NCBI GenBank assembly: GCA_951406725.2
Contig: OX597826.1
Coordinates: 49,786,001 to 49,850,000, forward strand
Direction of reading: 5' to 3'
Source: Octopus vulgaris
Taxonomy: Eukaryota
Length of the DNA: 64,000 nt
The notes beneath the pieces were generated by a model. The model was not told the origin of the DNA and searched no databases. It worked only from the letters and a program-made list of their open reading frames with translations. Numbering within the stretch: the first letter of the stretch is position 1; each line of letters begins with the position of its first letter. The position numbers and the translations under genes are program-made. Below, piece after piece: positions 41,205 to 55,913 of this stretch.

Positions 41205-41705
41205 AGCACGGTTGTGTGGTTAAGAATCTCATTTTACAATCACGTGGTTTCAGCTTCAGTGTCTTCTACTTTAGATCCGGGCCGACCAATTCCTTGTGAG
41301 TGGATTTGATTAATACAGAAAAGCCTGTTGTATACGAGGGCTGTATGAAAAGTCTTGAGCCTCAAAAAAGCAAAACATGGTACAAGACTTCTGATGAAGG
41401 TACAAGACTTTTATAAGTACCAGTTACGCACTGGGGTCGATATAATCGACTTAATCACTATGTCTGTTCTTGTTTGTCCCCTCTATGTTTAGCCCCCTGT
41501 GGGCAATAAAGAAATAAGAATCATTAGCATGCCGGACAAAATGCTTTGTGACATTTCTTACAGCTCTTTACATTCTGAGTTCAAATTTCATTGAAGTCAA
41601 CTTTGCCTTTCGTCATTTCAGAATCAATAAAAATACATACTAATCAAGCACTGAAATTGGAGTAATTAACTAGATCCCTTCCCTCGAAAACAATTAGGCC
41701 TTGTA
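41205..41705 (+). mobile_element. Nested fragments: SINE A head, mariner TIR stub, SINE B dimer
   Basis: ggttgtgtggttaagaa...; TA|CGAGGGCTGTATGAAAAGT near 41335; B units joined at 41516/41517. Confidence 0.7.
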
Positions 41706-42702
41706 AAGAAGTAATCACGCTATTATTTCAGGTAATTAACCATTGATTCATCTATCCATTTTTGCCACCTGTTATACTGGAGATGGTCATTGGGGACAGA
41801 ATCTTAAGGTACCTCCACCATAGGGTCCTATCAGAAGCAACCATCTCACTCATAGTCTACGTTTTGGCTCACACACTAATTTTTTTTCGTGAGGATACAA
41901 GACTTCAAGGATCGAAGTCCTTGAAGCTCAAAACTTTTCATACACCCCTCGTATGTATATGTATGTGTCTTTGTGTTTACCTCCTCCTCCTCCACTCTCA
42001 CCTTTACCTCAGTTCAGTTCAGTGGTGTTGGTACTGGTTTGTTTACGTGCCGTAACTTAGTTGTTCAGCTAAAGAGATCTGATGCAATAAGTATCATATT
42101 TTAAAAAATAAGTACTTAAAATAAGCGAGTGAGTGAGGGAGGGAGGGAGTGAGTGCGTGCGTGAGTCAGTCAATGAAAGAATGAGTGGGTGTCTAAGGAG
42201 ATACGTGCACATTTGCACATGTTAATTTTTAATAGATTACAAATGCGTAGACATAGCAGTCACGTGTCACATTGGTCTGTCAGCGTTTTAGTTATAACCC
42301 AGCAGGGAAACGCTACATGCATGGAAACTGAACATCCGATGTGCGAACCATTTCTTGGAGTGTATAACAAAGCAATCACTGCACTGCAATGACATATCAC
42401 ATTATAACCCAAGAAATCGATTCTTTAGACAAAAGACCAGAATTAATTTCTAAATGCTAACAAGACAATAAATTTTGCCTCGTGAATTATAAAGTCGAAA
42501 TAAAACTCAATTAATCTATAGGAAATAATCATCTCTATAAAACGTTCACACGTACAAGTTTTTTGTGACACTGAACGTTAACAATTTTTCAAAAACATTT
42601 TTCGAAATGCTATTTATGGTATACGTGATCGAGGCAAAATTTGAAGTAATGGCTACACTGATACAGTAGTCAACTTCAATATTTGTATATGAGAGTGCCT
42701 GT

Positions 42703-43077
42703 TACCCAGTCACATGGTTCCGGGTTCAGTACCACTGCGAGGCACCTTGCACAAGTGTCTTCTACTATAGCCGCGGGCCGTCCAAAGCCTTGTGAGCGGA
42801 TTTGGTTGACAGAAGCTGAACGAAGCCCGTCGTATGTATATATATGTATATATTTATTTGTGTATGTCTGTGTTTGTACCTCTGCCATCGCTTGACAACC
42901 GATGCTGATGTGTTTACGTCCCCGTAACTTAGCGGTTCGGTAAAGGAGAAATGATAGAATAAGTACTAAGCTTACAAAGAATAAGTCCTGGTGTCGATTT
43001 TTTGGACTAAAACCCTTTAAGGCGGTGCTCCAGCATGGCCGCAGTCAAATTACAAGTAAAAGAATAAAAGAAAAGAA
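42703..43077 (+). mobile_element. SINE family A, nearly full length
   Basis: cacatggttccgggttcagtacc...ggcggtgctccagcatggccgcagtcaaat. Confidence 0.9.
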
Positions 43078-43143
43078 TATGTGTGTGAATGCGCACCTGC
43101 GTGCGTTTGTGTGTGTATGTGTTCGTGTTGATGGATGGATGTA

Positions 43144-44110
43144 CACAAACTTGCAGGAAGTAAAAAGACACCCTTAATTTTCAAAATTTCTGATCTAAGC
43201 GTCTTAATATGTGTTCAGAGGTGTAGAATTTACAATGTAATTATTCTTTTTTATTCCAGGTGCCATTATAGTAAACATTTGCGAAAAGTAACCATACCAC
43301 GCACAAAAAATTCAGCAAAACTGTCATATTTTCAAAGAGGTCGTATTGTTGGACAATCTGAGGCTGGTCTTAGCCAACGAAAAATTGCTGAAAATCTTCA
43401 AATTCCTCTTGCTACTGTTAATAGAATTATAGTGCAATTCAAAAAGCCAAGGAAAAGAATTCTCGTCCCGGCCGACCTGGGCCCTCGGAAAGGAAGCTTC
43501 GCTGTTTGAAGGGAATTGTGGAAAACGAACACCGTTCGAAGGTTTCTGACATTGCGAAACACCTAGAAGTTACTCCAAGATCGTGTGTTACATAACTGCA
43601 TAAGCTTGGGTATTGTGGACGAGCAGCTAGAAGAAAACCTCTCATTCAACCAATTAATATCATGAAAAGAAAGAAATGGCCTAAGGAGCTGTCAGAAAAA
43701 TCTAGTTCATTTTGGGATAGAGTGATTTTCTCAGATGAATCCAGATTTGCATTATTTTCAGACAGTGGGCGTGTTTGGGTCTGGAGGTTTCCCAATCAAG
43801 AATTTGATTGAAACGACTCCAGCCAACTGTGTAACACGGTTGTATTTCTGTAATGGTATGGGGAGATGTCGCCAGCAATGGCCGTTCTGAGCTGATCGAA
43901 TGTTTTGGAACCATAAACTCTGAAAAATACATCGAAATACTTAAGGAAGGACTACATCCGATGTATTCACACGATAACATAACAAAAAGTGAGTTTTTAT
44001 TCATGGAAGATGGTGCTCCATGCAACACAGCGAAAATGAATCAACAATGGCTGACTGAAAATGGGATCAAAAAGTTTCCTTGGCCGAGCTAATCTCCTGA
44101 CATGAACCCA
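43144..44110 (+). pseudogene. Tc1-family (DD34E-type) transposon relic, 3'-truncated
   Basis: TA|CACAAACTTGCAGGAAGTAAAAAGACACCC TIR-like start; [40 protein letters not shown]; VIFSDESRF; FMEDGAPCNTAK; WPS*SPDMNP. Multiple stops and frameshifts. Confidence 0.9.
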
Positions 44111-44111
44111 A

Positions 44112-44498
<387 letters not shown>

Positions 44499-45068
44499 GC
44501 AAAAGAAATATCTAAAGAGTTGTGTGAGAGCAAAAGAAAATTAGAAATAAAACAGAAAAAAAAAATAATAAAGGAGGGAGAAACGTAGGAAGGAAAATGG
44601 AGAGAAGGAGAGTCAGCAGAATACGAAGAAGAAAAGAGACTTGGCTGAAAACTTTTGTTACGAAATAATAAGGAATAAACAGGAAACTGGGCGAGATCTT
44701 GGCAAGCAGGTAAACTGAGACATATATGGAGAAATGTATTGTGGTGTTGATTTAACAGCCATTAATCAGACTCGACCAGCTAAGACGGACACGTTAAAAT
44801 AACATCGTATCGCCTTAATAACAATTGTTAGGTAAGTTTGCTGAAAATTCGGTCGGTTGACGACTTTTTTCTTTATCATATATATATACACATACATGTA
44901 CAAAAGTGTGTGTGTGTGTGTGTGTGAGTGTGTGAGTGTGTGAGTGCATGAGTATATGAATGAGTGTATGTATATGCATGTGTGTGTATGTATATATATA
45001 TATACACGTCTATTAAAGTTCCGTTTCTTGGTGTTACCCGGTAAGTGTCTCCAATGTGTGTGTGTGTC

Positions 45069-45168
<100 letters not shown>

Positions 45169-45239
45169 CACATATACATACATATATACTCATATATGTA
45201 TATTTATACATATATGAGTATATATGTATGTATGTATAT

Positions 45240-45313
<74 letters not shown>

Positions 45314-45564
45314 GGAATCAGTTGCTCTCAAAAAATGAACAACAATCAAAATAATAGTATACGACAAAGAAAAATATAATTTAAGAATTGAACAACTCAA
45401 AACATGCGTTTGTGTATATAAGTGTACATACATGTTTGCACCCACACACACACACACACAGACACACATATTTGTATGTGCGGACATCTACATGTATGTA
45501 TGCATGTATGTATGTATGTATGTATGTATGTATGTATGTATGTATGTATGTATATATGTATATA

Positions 45565-45682
<118 letters not shown>

Positions 45683-46148
45683 GGAGAGATAAGAGAATGA
45701 GAGAGAGTCAGAGAGACAGAGAGAGGAAGAGCGAGGAAGAGAGGAGAGTTGTACAATGAAAATAACCGGTGAAGTTTTCTAATGATGAGGCGAATGGTTA
45801 GAATAATAAAACTCAAATAATACGGTGAGGGAGAAAGAGAGAGAATTAGGTGTGTCCATTTTAAAGTGTTAAACTGTACTGAATTGTGAGTAGTCAGTCA
45901 ATATTGGTCTTTGTTAAACACGTCCGAGGGTATGGGTATGGGAGTAGTTTGTGTGTGTGTGTGTGTGCGTGCTTGCGTGTGTGTGTGTGTGTGTGTTTGT
46001 ATAAGGGTGTGCAACTTGGTTCTCGTTTATGTATAGACCTGCATAACACGCATACATAATGCGATCGTGTTTGTGGATACGTGTAAAAGTATATGTTCGG
46101 TGGTGTATCTGTGTGTACGTACGTGAGTGTATGTATATACTCATGTGT

Positions 46149-46210
<62 letters not shown>

Positions 46211-46559
46211 GTATGCACACTCTCGAATATTTGTGTGTGTGTGAGTATGTGTGTGTGTGTAAATAAACGCAAGTATGTCGAAACTACCCGGATACTGGTC
46301 TCTATAGCTGATGAGGGGCATTCCATATTTAATTTGACTGGTCCCGTTGTTTTCATGTTTCACGTCGATCTTCACTCTGTGTTTGTGCGTATGTGTGTGT
46401 GATTATGCACACACACACTTGCACAAAAGCAGAATTCAGCTTATGTTTTTTAAATATAACATCGTAAAAGATTATGTAATTTATGATGATTTGATAAAAC
46501 GACTAAATCTCTTGTTTCATTCTATTGTCCAATAAGTACCGGTAAATCTATCAAAAGAA

Positions 46560-48866
46560 AATCGGTGGACAAATTATGTTCAATGCCTGATGGTAATTTA
46601 TAAATAGATACATTTACATGAACTTCTAAGCATTGCTTAACTGTTATGCTACCTCATTCGAAATAGCGCACAACATATCGCCAAATACCACGAAACATGA
46701 TGGAAAACTTGAGGATAACCTCAGACATATAGAAGAGGTATTGACAAAGCTAGATCAGCACATCTACATACCTCCTGGGTGAACAGAAGGCCACATCCTC
46801 TCTGTGATGTCACTGCATGAACAAAAGCATGTAGAGTCGTTACTTAAACTTTCTAATATGCTGTTCATGGAACAAGTGATACTCAAGCCAACCAGGGGAA
46901 AACAAGATCTTGGACCTTATCCATAATGTGAGGATGACACCAACAGCACTCTCAGACTACAACATCGTTGAATTATGTATGGTCCTAAGCGAACTGCTGG
47001 TATCTACCCCACAGGGGGATTCAAGCCATATCCAACCTGAACTTTAGTAAAGCAATATGGGAATCAATCCGCAAAGAGATCCATAAACGAAACTGGTCTA
47101 ATATTCTATGTATGCAAAACATTGGCTTGGAACTCAGTCAGCTTACGTCAAGAGTGCATTAAATATACTTCACTAAATACATTAAATATACCTCAGAAGG
47201 AAAGGCAAACATACCGACAAACAAGATTCCCAGGGACAGAAAATCCTTATGAGACGCAGATCTAAGGTTTCAAACCGGTTGAATAGGTGACTGAAGGATA
47301 GGGAGAAGTCTATTTTAATACGGACACTCCTAGAAATCGAAAACAAGATCAAACTCTCTCATGAAAAGGAAAGTCAGAGCAGGGATAGAGAGAGAGGGGG
47401 GAGAGGGAGAGAGAGAGAAGAGAGTCGTGGAAAGCATAAAAATAAACCATTTCTATAAATATGCAAAAGAAACAGCCACAATAGAATATAAAATAAGACC
47501 ATTGTTCCAAGGGAATGACTCACTGACCGCGAACCCAGAGAGGATAAGTAAACAATTTAAGTGTCTTCACCTCCCCTCTGGGACACATGCATATAAAAAA
47601 CCGACTGAATTCTTTAATATTGCAGCTCTACAAAAGAAGGCAGCAACTATTGTTTATATCAACATTGAGGAGACAGATGTAACAGCAGCCACAGATGAAA
47701 TGAGCTCAAGCTCAGCAACTAGCCCCGATGGCTTCCCAGTTATTCTTCTGAAGTCATGTAAGCAAGACTTTAGAAAGAGACTGATAATGTTCCTAGAAGA
47801 AAATTACCTACTGGACAATACAATACAATACAGATCATGGCTTTCGTCCATGAAGAAGCTGCCTCATACAGCTCTTAGAGCACTATGAGTTTTGAAACAG
47901 CTGCTTGACCATTCAGATGTCAGTGTGATATATCTGGACTTTGCAAAGGCATTTGATAAGGTAGATCATGACACGGTAAGTCATAAGCTGCAAGATCTTG
48001 GCATTGCTGGTAAACTGGGAGAGTGGCTGCATGATTTTCTTAAAAACAAAAATCAATGGTGCCCTTTCTGAGGAGACTAAATTCTAAGTGGTACCCTCCA
48101 GAGAACAATTTTGGGACCATTACTGTTTACAACAGCCCTCTTAGATATGCCCATAGCCACTGTTACAAGCTATGCTGATGATACAAAATTATCACAGGCA
48201 ATAAAAAATCCAGATGACGTTGCAAGCTTACATGTAACTGGACCTGAATGTAATATACAAGGCTGAAGTAAACAATATGCAGTTTAATGCTAGAAAAATT
48301 TCAAGCACTGCACTATCAGATCAAGAATGCACCGCAGCATGCATATACAGGACCAGAAGGTACTGCAATTCCAGAGTCACATGCAGTGAAAGACTTGGGG
48401 ATTAGTATGTGTAATGATGCATCGTTTCATATGCACTTTACCAAGATGACAGCAAATTGCAGACAACTGGTAGGATAGATACTAAAGTCCTTCACAACAA
48501 GAGGCCAAGAAGTTATAATGACACTGTGAAGGACTTTTGTTCTCAGCCGCCTAGACTACTGCTCTCAGATATAGTCACACCACAGTGCCAAACTAACAGT
48601 GGAACTTGAAGCAGTCCAACGTCACTACACTAAACAAAATGAAACAGTTCAGCGGATGAGCTACAGGGTGAGGCTGCAAAAACTGCGACTTTATACCCCG
48701 GAGGGAAGGTGCGACAAATATGTAATAATCTACATATGGAAAAATCTAGAAGGGCTGGTGCCTAATTTCAGCATTGAATGTTGTACAAATGCCACAACTG
48801 GACGCCATTGTATTGTACCAAAGGTACCATCCACTTTACTATTTACATACCACATGTATTTATATT

Positions 48867-48912
<46 letters not shown>

Positions 48913-48952
48913 GAGCTTTCCTTGAAACCTAGGCTATTGCAGTACCTGGTCC

Positions 48953-49044
<92 letters not shown>

Positions 49045-49370
49045 GGACCAGGTACTGCAATAGCCTAGGTTTCAAAGGCCCAAAGCTCTTCAATGCACTT
49101 CCGCAAAAATTAAGAAATCTACAGAATGTGGACGTATATGTCTTCAAAACGGAACTAGACATCCTCCTCTCCACAATACCGGCATGAGGTACAGACGAGG
49201 GCAGTGGAATCAAACTCCTTCATACACCAAATGGACCAACTGCTGGGACAAGGGCACATACAGGAGTGGTGATGTGAAACCCCACAGCGTGAGGAAATCA
49301 GCGAAACCACGGTGGTGCTCCAGCATGACCGCAGCTGCAAGGCTGAAACGAATAAATGAATAAAAGAATA
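46560..49370 (+). pseudogene. CR1/L2-group LINE ORF2 relic (APE + RT) with 3' end
   Basis: LFMEQVILKPTRG..LDL and LSDYN (endonuclease); VIYLDFAKAFDKVDH, SGTLQRTILGPLLF, SYADDTKL, MQFN and LDYCSQI (RT); GPKLFNALP and FKTELD near the C-terminus. Many stops; interrupted at about 48840-49040. The 5' boundary is approximate. Confidence 0.9.
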
Positions 49371-49378
49371 CCTAAAAA

Positions 49379-50608
49379 CAGGGTGCGATGGGTAAATTGT
49401 CGCCCTTTTTTATTTTTTATTTTGTGCATGCGCATTTTTTGTTTCTGAGTTTGTCAACTACACAGTATAGTAGGATAAGTTGGGTACTGTGTGTGAGAAA
49501 AACAGTACCATGGCGCAATTCACTATGCCAGAAATTTGGAAACGACACGCTGTACTGCTTGCCATTCACACTGGAAGATCCAATACGAACATTTTAGAGT
49601 GTTTCCGTGTCAATCTGAGGATAGTGCAGGGGATTCGGAAAGAGTTGAAAGATTTTAACTCACTCTGATCATTCTGATAAGAACAGGACTCCTGAATTTA
49701 TTGGTGAGATCCAGGCCATGTTTGAAAACGATCCCCCCAAGTCAATCAGGTCCATCGCCTGAGACATGGGAGTGTCTGAGTTTCTTATCAGGCAGGTAGT
49801 GCCTGAAGACATTCGGTATTCCTCATACAAGATGAGAAAGGGCCAATGTTTATCCCAAGCCATCAAGGACAAGAGGGGAGACCACGCTACAAGGCTTTGC
49901 ACAAACTCAAGCATCCCCTCCAACCGAACGTGCTTTGGTTTTTCTCGGACGAGAAAAATTTCTACCAGGATCAGATGATGAACACTCAGAATAAACATTT
50001 GCTTACCGTGTCCCCAAAACATGTACCGAAAGTGATAAAAATCAAGCATCCAGTCAACATCATGGTGTTTGGAGTGATCACTGGTAATGGCGACATTATA
50101 CCTCCATTCATTTTCCCTCACGGCCTCAGACTCAACATGGAGACCTACATCAAGTGCCTGGGTGAGGTAGTGCTGTCCTGGGTCAAGAGGGTTGGTGCTG
50201 AAAGACTGTACCATGCTACACAACGCAGGAGAACCAAGTTATGGCTGTCAGACAATTTCTGCGACCACATGACCCCTAACATCTGGCCACATAACTCCCC
50301 ACACTGCAACCCACCACCACCTTGATTATTATATGTTGGGTGCAATTGAGCGAAAGACCAACAAAACTTGTAACACTAAAGATGAACTGAAGGCAAGTAT
50401 TATGGAAGCATTCACCAAGGATTATGGCAGCATTCAGCAACTTGAACAAGACATCAAGAGAGCGTGGTTGAAGCCGATGGCGATTTTATTGAATAAATTT
50501 ACTCTTTAGATATTTTTATGTAGTTTTGGTAAATATATTTGTTTGAATGAGATGTCAGTGTTATTTTCATTTTGGCGTAAATTAGACGACAGTTTATTCA
50601 CCGTACCC
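49379..50608 (+). pseudogene. Tc1/mariner transposon, probably maT (DD37D)-type, both TIRs present, transposase decayed
   Basis: Left end CAGGGTGCGATGGGTAAATTGTCGCC; right end reverse complement GGGTACGGTGAATAAACTGTCGTC. WFFSDEKNF, MVFGVITGNG and IWPHNSPHCNP..DY present; the second catalytic D region appears deleted. Confidence 0.85.
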
Positions 50609-50765
50609 AAACAATACTTATTTCAGCGCTGTTGACACCGCCGGATTGAATGGTACTGCTCAGGTGTCGAAACCATAATGATATCCGTGGGACAGCTGAT
50701 GATGACGGAGATATGTTGGATTGTTGTTATATGTTTTTGTATATGTGGAATAGTATTATAACACG

Positions 50766-50853
<88 letters not shown>

Positions 50854-51118
50854 TTAAGGTGGTTATTCGCAATCTACAACCGAAAGTCGTCACTAAAGTG
50901 ACGGAGGGTGTTAATGAGCACCGGCATTGCTAGAAATTAGAGTCAAAACAACTCTTAGCCACATGAAGGCACTTTTCTAACGACTGACAAGGGAGACAAG
51001 GTCCCTCCCTACAACAATCGAGATGGAGTATACACACATACACATACACATACGTACGTACGTACGCACATACATACATACATACATACATACATACATA
51101 CATACATACATACATACA

Positions 51119-51149
<31 letters not shown>

Positions 51150-51656
51150 GAGTGTATATATCTGTGTGCAAAACTAGAGAGAATGAGAACAGTGTCGAGT
51201 ATATACTATACATCGGAGTATATAAGCACGATAACTTCTACACATGCACACGAATACACACACAGACAGACCCCCCACACACACATGTATAAGCACGTTC
51301 CTTCACGTATTTTCTCAGACACAAACACACACATAACCCTGCACCTTTGTCACACTCCCATAACTACTGATACACACACACACACACACAAACATATACA
51401 CGAATAACAAGTGCACACGTACAAACACAGAGAGAAACGTTGACACACACACAAACCCGCGCACGCACACATGCGAATAAACATACATAGACGCACATAT
51501 ACATACTTATACATACATACATAGAGAAGAAGCACAATAATCGACAATGTAATAATATCAATGGAGACCGCGAAGTTTGACGGATTTTAACCTTGTTAAA
51601 CGAGAAAATACAGAAGGGACAAATATAAAGTGGGAGGAACCGGAGCAGTAGGAGGA

Positions 51657-51695
<39 letters not shown>

Positions 51696-51816
51696 AAAGG
51701 AGGAGGGGGAGGACGACGACGACGACAACGAGGACGAGAAAGAAAGAAAGAAAGAAATACAATTGAAAAGAACAGTAGATGTTATATCACTGGGTGTAAG
51801 TGTGTATATGTATGTG

Positions 51817-51851
<35 letters not shown>

Positions 51852-51858
51852 ATACATG

Positions 51859-51895
<37 letters not shown>

Positions 51896-52040
51896 GTATA
51901 TATATATATACATATGTATATGTATGTATATATATATATATATATATATACATATGTATATACATACATATATATATATATATATATGTATGTATATATA
52001 CATGAATAAACATATGTATATATATATATATATATATATG

Positions 52041-52103
<63 letters not shown>

Positions 52104-52379
52104 TTAATAGGATCAGTGAAACGGTATTGAAGAATCGGGGAGAGAAAATGGTACTTCGTGAACCCCCTCAACCTGCAAACAGAATTGGAACAACCGAAAC
52201 GCCCCGTTTTTTTTTTTTCCTTTTTTGTGTGGTTCTTGTTGTGTTGTTGTTATTGTTGTTGTCATCGTCGTCGTCGTTGGTGGCGTTGTAGGTGGCGTTG
52301 TTGTTGGTGTTGTTAGCTTTTGTGTAGTCTATCTTAGTGCGGATTTTTGTCTTGACTTCGGTACAAACAAATAAAAATC

Positions 52380-52438
52380 ACAACCAACACCACCACCGCC
52401 ACTACTACTACTGCTGCCGCTACTACTACTACCACTAT

Positions 52439-52485
<47 letters not shown>

Positions 52486-52621
52486 TCATCATAATTATCG
52501 TCACCAGAACAATCCCTACAAGTACCAACACTACCACAACCACTGCTTCTACTACAACTACTACTGCAACTAGCATCATCACAACACACCTAATACAGCT
52601 ACCACCACCACTGTTACTACT

Positions 52622-52700
<79 letters not shown>

Positions 52701-53228
52701 CAACATTACTATCAGCAATAACCAACATAAACACCACAACTGCCTCCACTACCACCACTATTACTAACACTTCTACCCGCGCCCATCCCATATGCAACCA
52801 AAACCGCCAACATCGCCACAGATGTCGCTACTAACATCAACAGCAGTACTACTACCGCTACTGCATCGTTATTGACACTACTACAACCACAACAGCTACT
52901 AACAATACTATTACAACCATCACCTTTAACACCACGCCATTATTAACACAACTAGCGCCACTACCACCACCACGAATACCACTAACACCATCACCGTTAC
53001 TTCTATTACCACCACCACCACTACCACCACAACCGCAGCGACCATTAACACCATCACTACCTCCATCAGCACCACCGTCACCACCACCACGATTATCACC
53101 TCTAACATACACAGCAACGCTACTACTAATGATAATACTAATACTACTGTTGCTGTTGCTATTACTACTCTTACTACTACTACTACTACTACTACTACAA
53201 ACACCATCACAACCACCACCACCACCAT

Positions 53229-53285
<57 letters not shown>

Positions 53286-53455
53286 AAGTACAAATACCAG
53301 CAACGACAATGACTCTACTACTACTACTACTACTACTATACTACTACTACTACAACCACCATCACCACCACTACTACTATTACTACTACTACTACTACTA
53401 CTACAAATACCAGCAACGACAATGACACTACTACTACTACTACTATTACTACAAA
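52380..53455. repeat. (CTA)/(CAC)/(CAT) low-complexity block
   Basis: Direct inspection. Confidence 0.9.
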
Positions 53456-53589
53456 TGTTAGTCTCTCGATTCCGCGAAAGACTGTTCTGCAATTTCTTGC
53501 ACAGATGATTTGTTTGAGGTGATCAAATGTTCGCGCCGTTCATTAACTCACTTTCCCACCACCACCATCACCACCTCACCACCAAATCG

Positions 53590-53765
53590 ACGTTGTCTCA
53601 ACAGATGCGCGGTATTCTATGCGTCAGGTGTCTAAACGATCGCAGAACAAGGTGAGATGAAGTGTTTATGCTCAAGAACACAACGCATCATCCGGTTTGA
53701 GAATTGAAACCACATCCTCGCGATCGTGAGGGCAACACTGTAATCACTTGGCCACGCGCCTTCAC
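53590..53765 (-). mobile_element. SINE family D/C-related head fragment
   Basis: gctcaagaacacaacgcatcatccggtttgagaattgaaacc...gccacgcgccttcac matches 2220-2315. Confidence 0.7.
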
Positions 53766-53829
53766 GCTTACTACTACAAATATCACGACTACTACTACTA
53801 CTGCTGATGCTGTTACTGCTGCTGCTGCG

Positions 53830-53885
<56 letters not shown>

Positions 53886-55854
53886 TTCTACTACTCCCTT
53901 TCTACCACTATCCGCTTGATACCTTTAACCTACTAACATCTTTTCCGACATTACAACTACCATTAATTCTACCTCCAGTATCACTACTATTATCTCCATC
54001 ACCACTATAGAACTGACTCCAATACCACTCTTATTTTTGTCATACTGGAACAAAGCTACAATGAAATAAAAAGATTGATACTATCGTTGCTGTTTAGCCA
54101 CAGGTCTGGTCTGATTAACGAAGATGCGTTTTCAAAGAATTTCCATCTGTGACCATCATGTTTTGCTGAATATCAGAGACTATGCTGTCTAGTATAACAT
54201 TTTTTATTTATCTATTACGGCGTTGAGCTGTAAATTGACGGAGTTTTGGTTGTTGTTTCTAACAAATCAAATGATTATGTAGGGTCCAACTGTTGACTCT
54301 TCAAAAACTATCTGATTGATTAGAAACATACTCAAAAACGTTCCAAATGTTACCTTCTCGGCCATTCCTGTTTTCCGACATTTATAAAGAAATACATTAT
54401 CCAACGTGTTTTTTCTCAGTTTTGTTTTGTGTTTTACCACTCATATTACAAAGATGTAATATGAGTGGTATTTGACTACCGTTTCTAACAAACAAGCTGA
54501 CCACGAAGGGGCCACCTTTTTGGCATTTGGCACTGTTGTGTTGAGCTATGTCCAATCTGTGTTATATTCAGAGCGTATCTTAGATTACATTTCCGACACA
54601 TGCCCTGCATCTTTTAACATTACCATGTTGTATGAAGAAAGTTTGAGTGCTATTTCTAGTATATGAAGCGATTATGCAGGGTTCCGTCATGGTCTACGTA
54701 TAAGCCTCAGGTATAGACGGACTCCGTTTGAAAGCTGCGCATTGACCAGAGACAGAAAGCAATAACAATGGCGGCCATAGGAGGTTTTGTGTGACTTTTC
54801 AGTTAGCACTTCCGGTGTACAATTAAAATGGACGCAAAGACATTTACTTTAAAATACGGCATACGTAATTAGAACACCGACAGTCTTATCCTGAATACAA
54901 TGAATCATAATTTAGATTTTAGTAATTTAATAGAAAATATTTCAGTTTTCAAATTTTCTCTGGGTTCTTTTTCTGATCCACAAAATTCTACCAGCATCTC
55001 CATTTGTTTCCCTCTTCTCTGTTTTCCTTCCTTTGTTTGCCATCTTTGTTTCCATTCTGTTATCCTGTTGTTTGTGTTTCTGCATTTAAAAAACGATTGT
55101 AAACATGCGTAGAATCAGTTGAACAACAACGCATGTCTTTCTGTATGCACAATTTATACACACACCCATATACATGCATGAAAATGTGTGCGCGCGCGCG
55201 TCTGTGTATGTATCTATTATATAAAGACAAATATTCACATATACACACCTACTCACGCACAAAAACGGGCACGCGCATATGTGTATCGCGTGCGTCTGCA
55301 TAAATGGGAGGATTTTTTTTTGTGTTTATAAATTCACTTTGTGTCTGTGTATATTTGTATATATATGAATATTCATATATATATCTAGATATATACACGT
55401 GTAAGTATACATTCATGTGTATATATTCATTTGTATATTCATGCTTTTTTCTTTCATACCTTGTTTATATATATATAATAAATACACACACACACACACA
55501 CACACACTCGTATGAATAAACAATACAAATACATAATTTGTCATTGTGTATGTAAATCTATAGTTATATATAAACGGGCACACACAGACACACACACACA
55601 CACACAAAGCTTATGTTGTATAAATAATTGGTGAGATATTGCAATTATTTGTCATTTACTTCTTATGTGTGTGTATATATGTGTGTGCGTAAGTGTGTGT
55701 GCATGCATGTGCGTATAGATATGTATATGTGTACGTATATATATATATATATATATACATATACACAATGCACGCACATACAATACCATACACTCACGCG
55801 TACAAGCTCACACATATATAAGAATTCGTGTGTATGTATGCCTGTGTATGTATA

Positions 55855-55913
<59 letters not shown>

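Noticed and set aside
46278-46318. GAAAC...GTC...CTGATGAG resembling a type II hammerhead
   Set aside because: Only 7 nt are available for stem I plus loop and stem II pairing is weak, so it cannot fold canonically.
49846-50325. 159-aa transposase ORF as a possible domesticated gene
   Set aside because: It is frameshifted on both sides, lacks the second catalytic Asp region and still sits between TIRs, so it is a decayed transposon.
54080-54690. Degenerate repeats sharing a TTTCTA(A/G) core, related to about 27250-27430 and 38890-39040
   Set aside because: Probably an old interspersed repeat, but too decayed to delimit or classify by eye.
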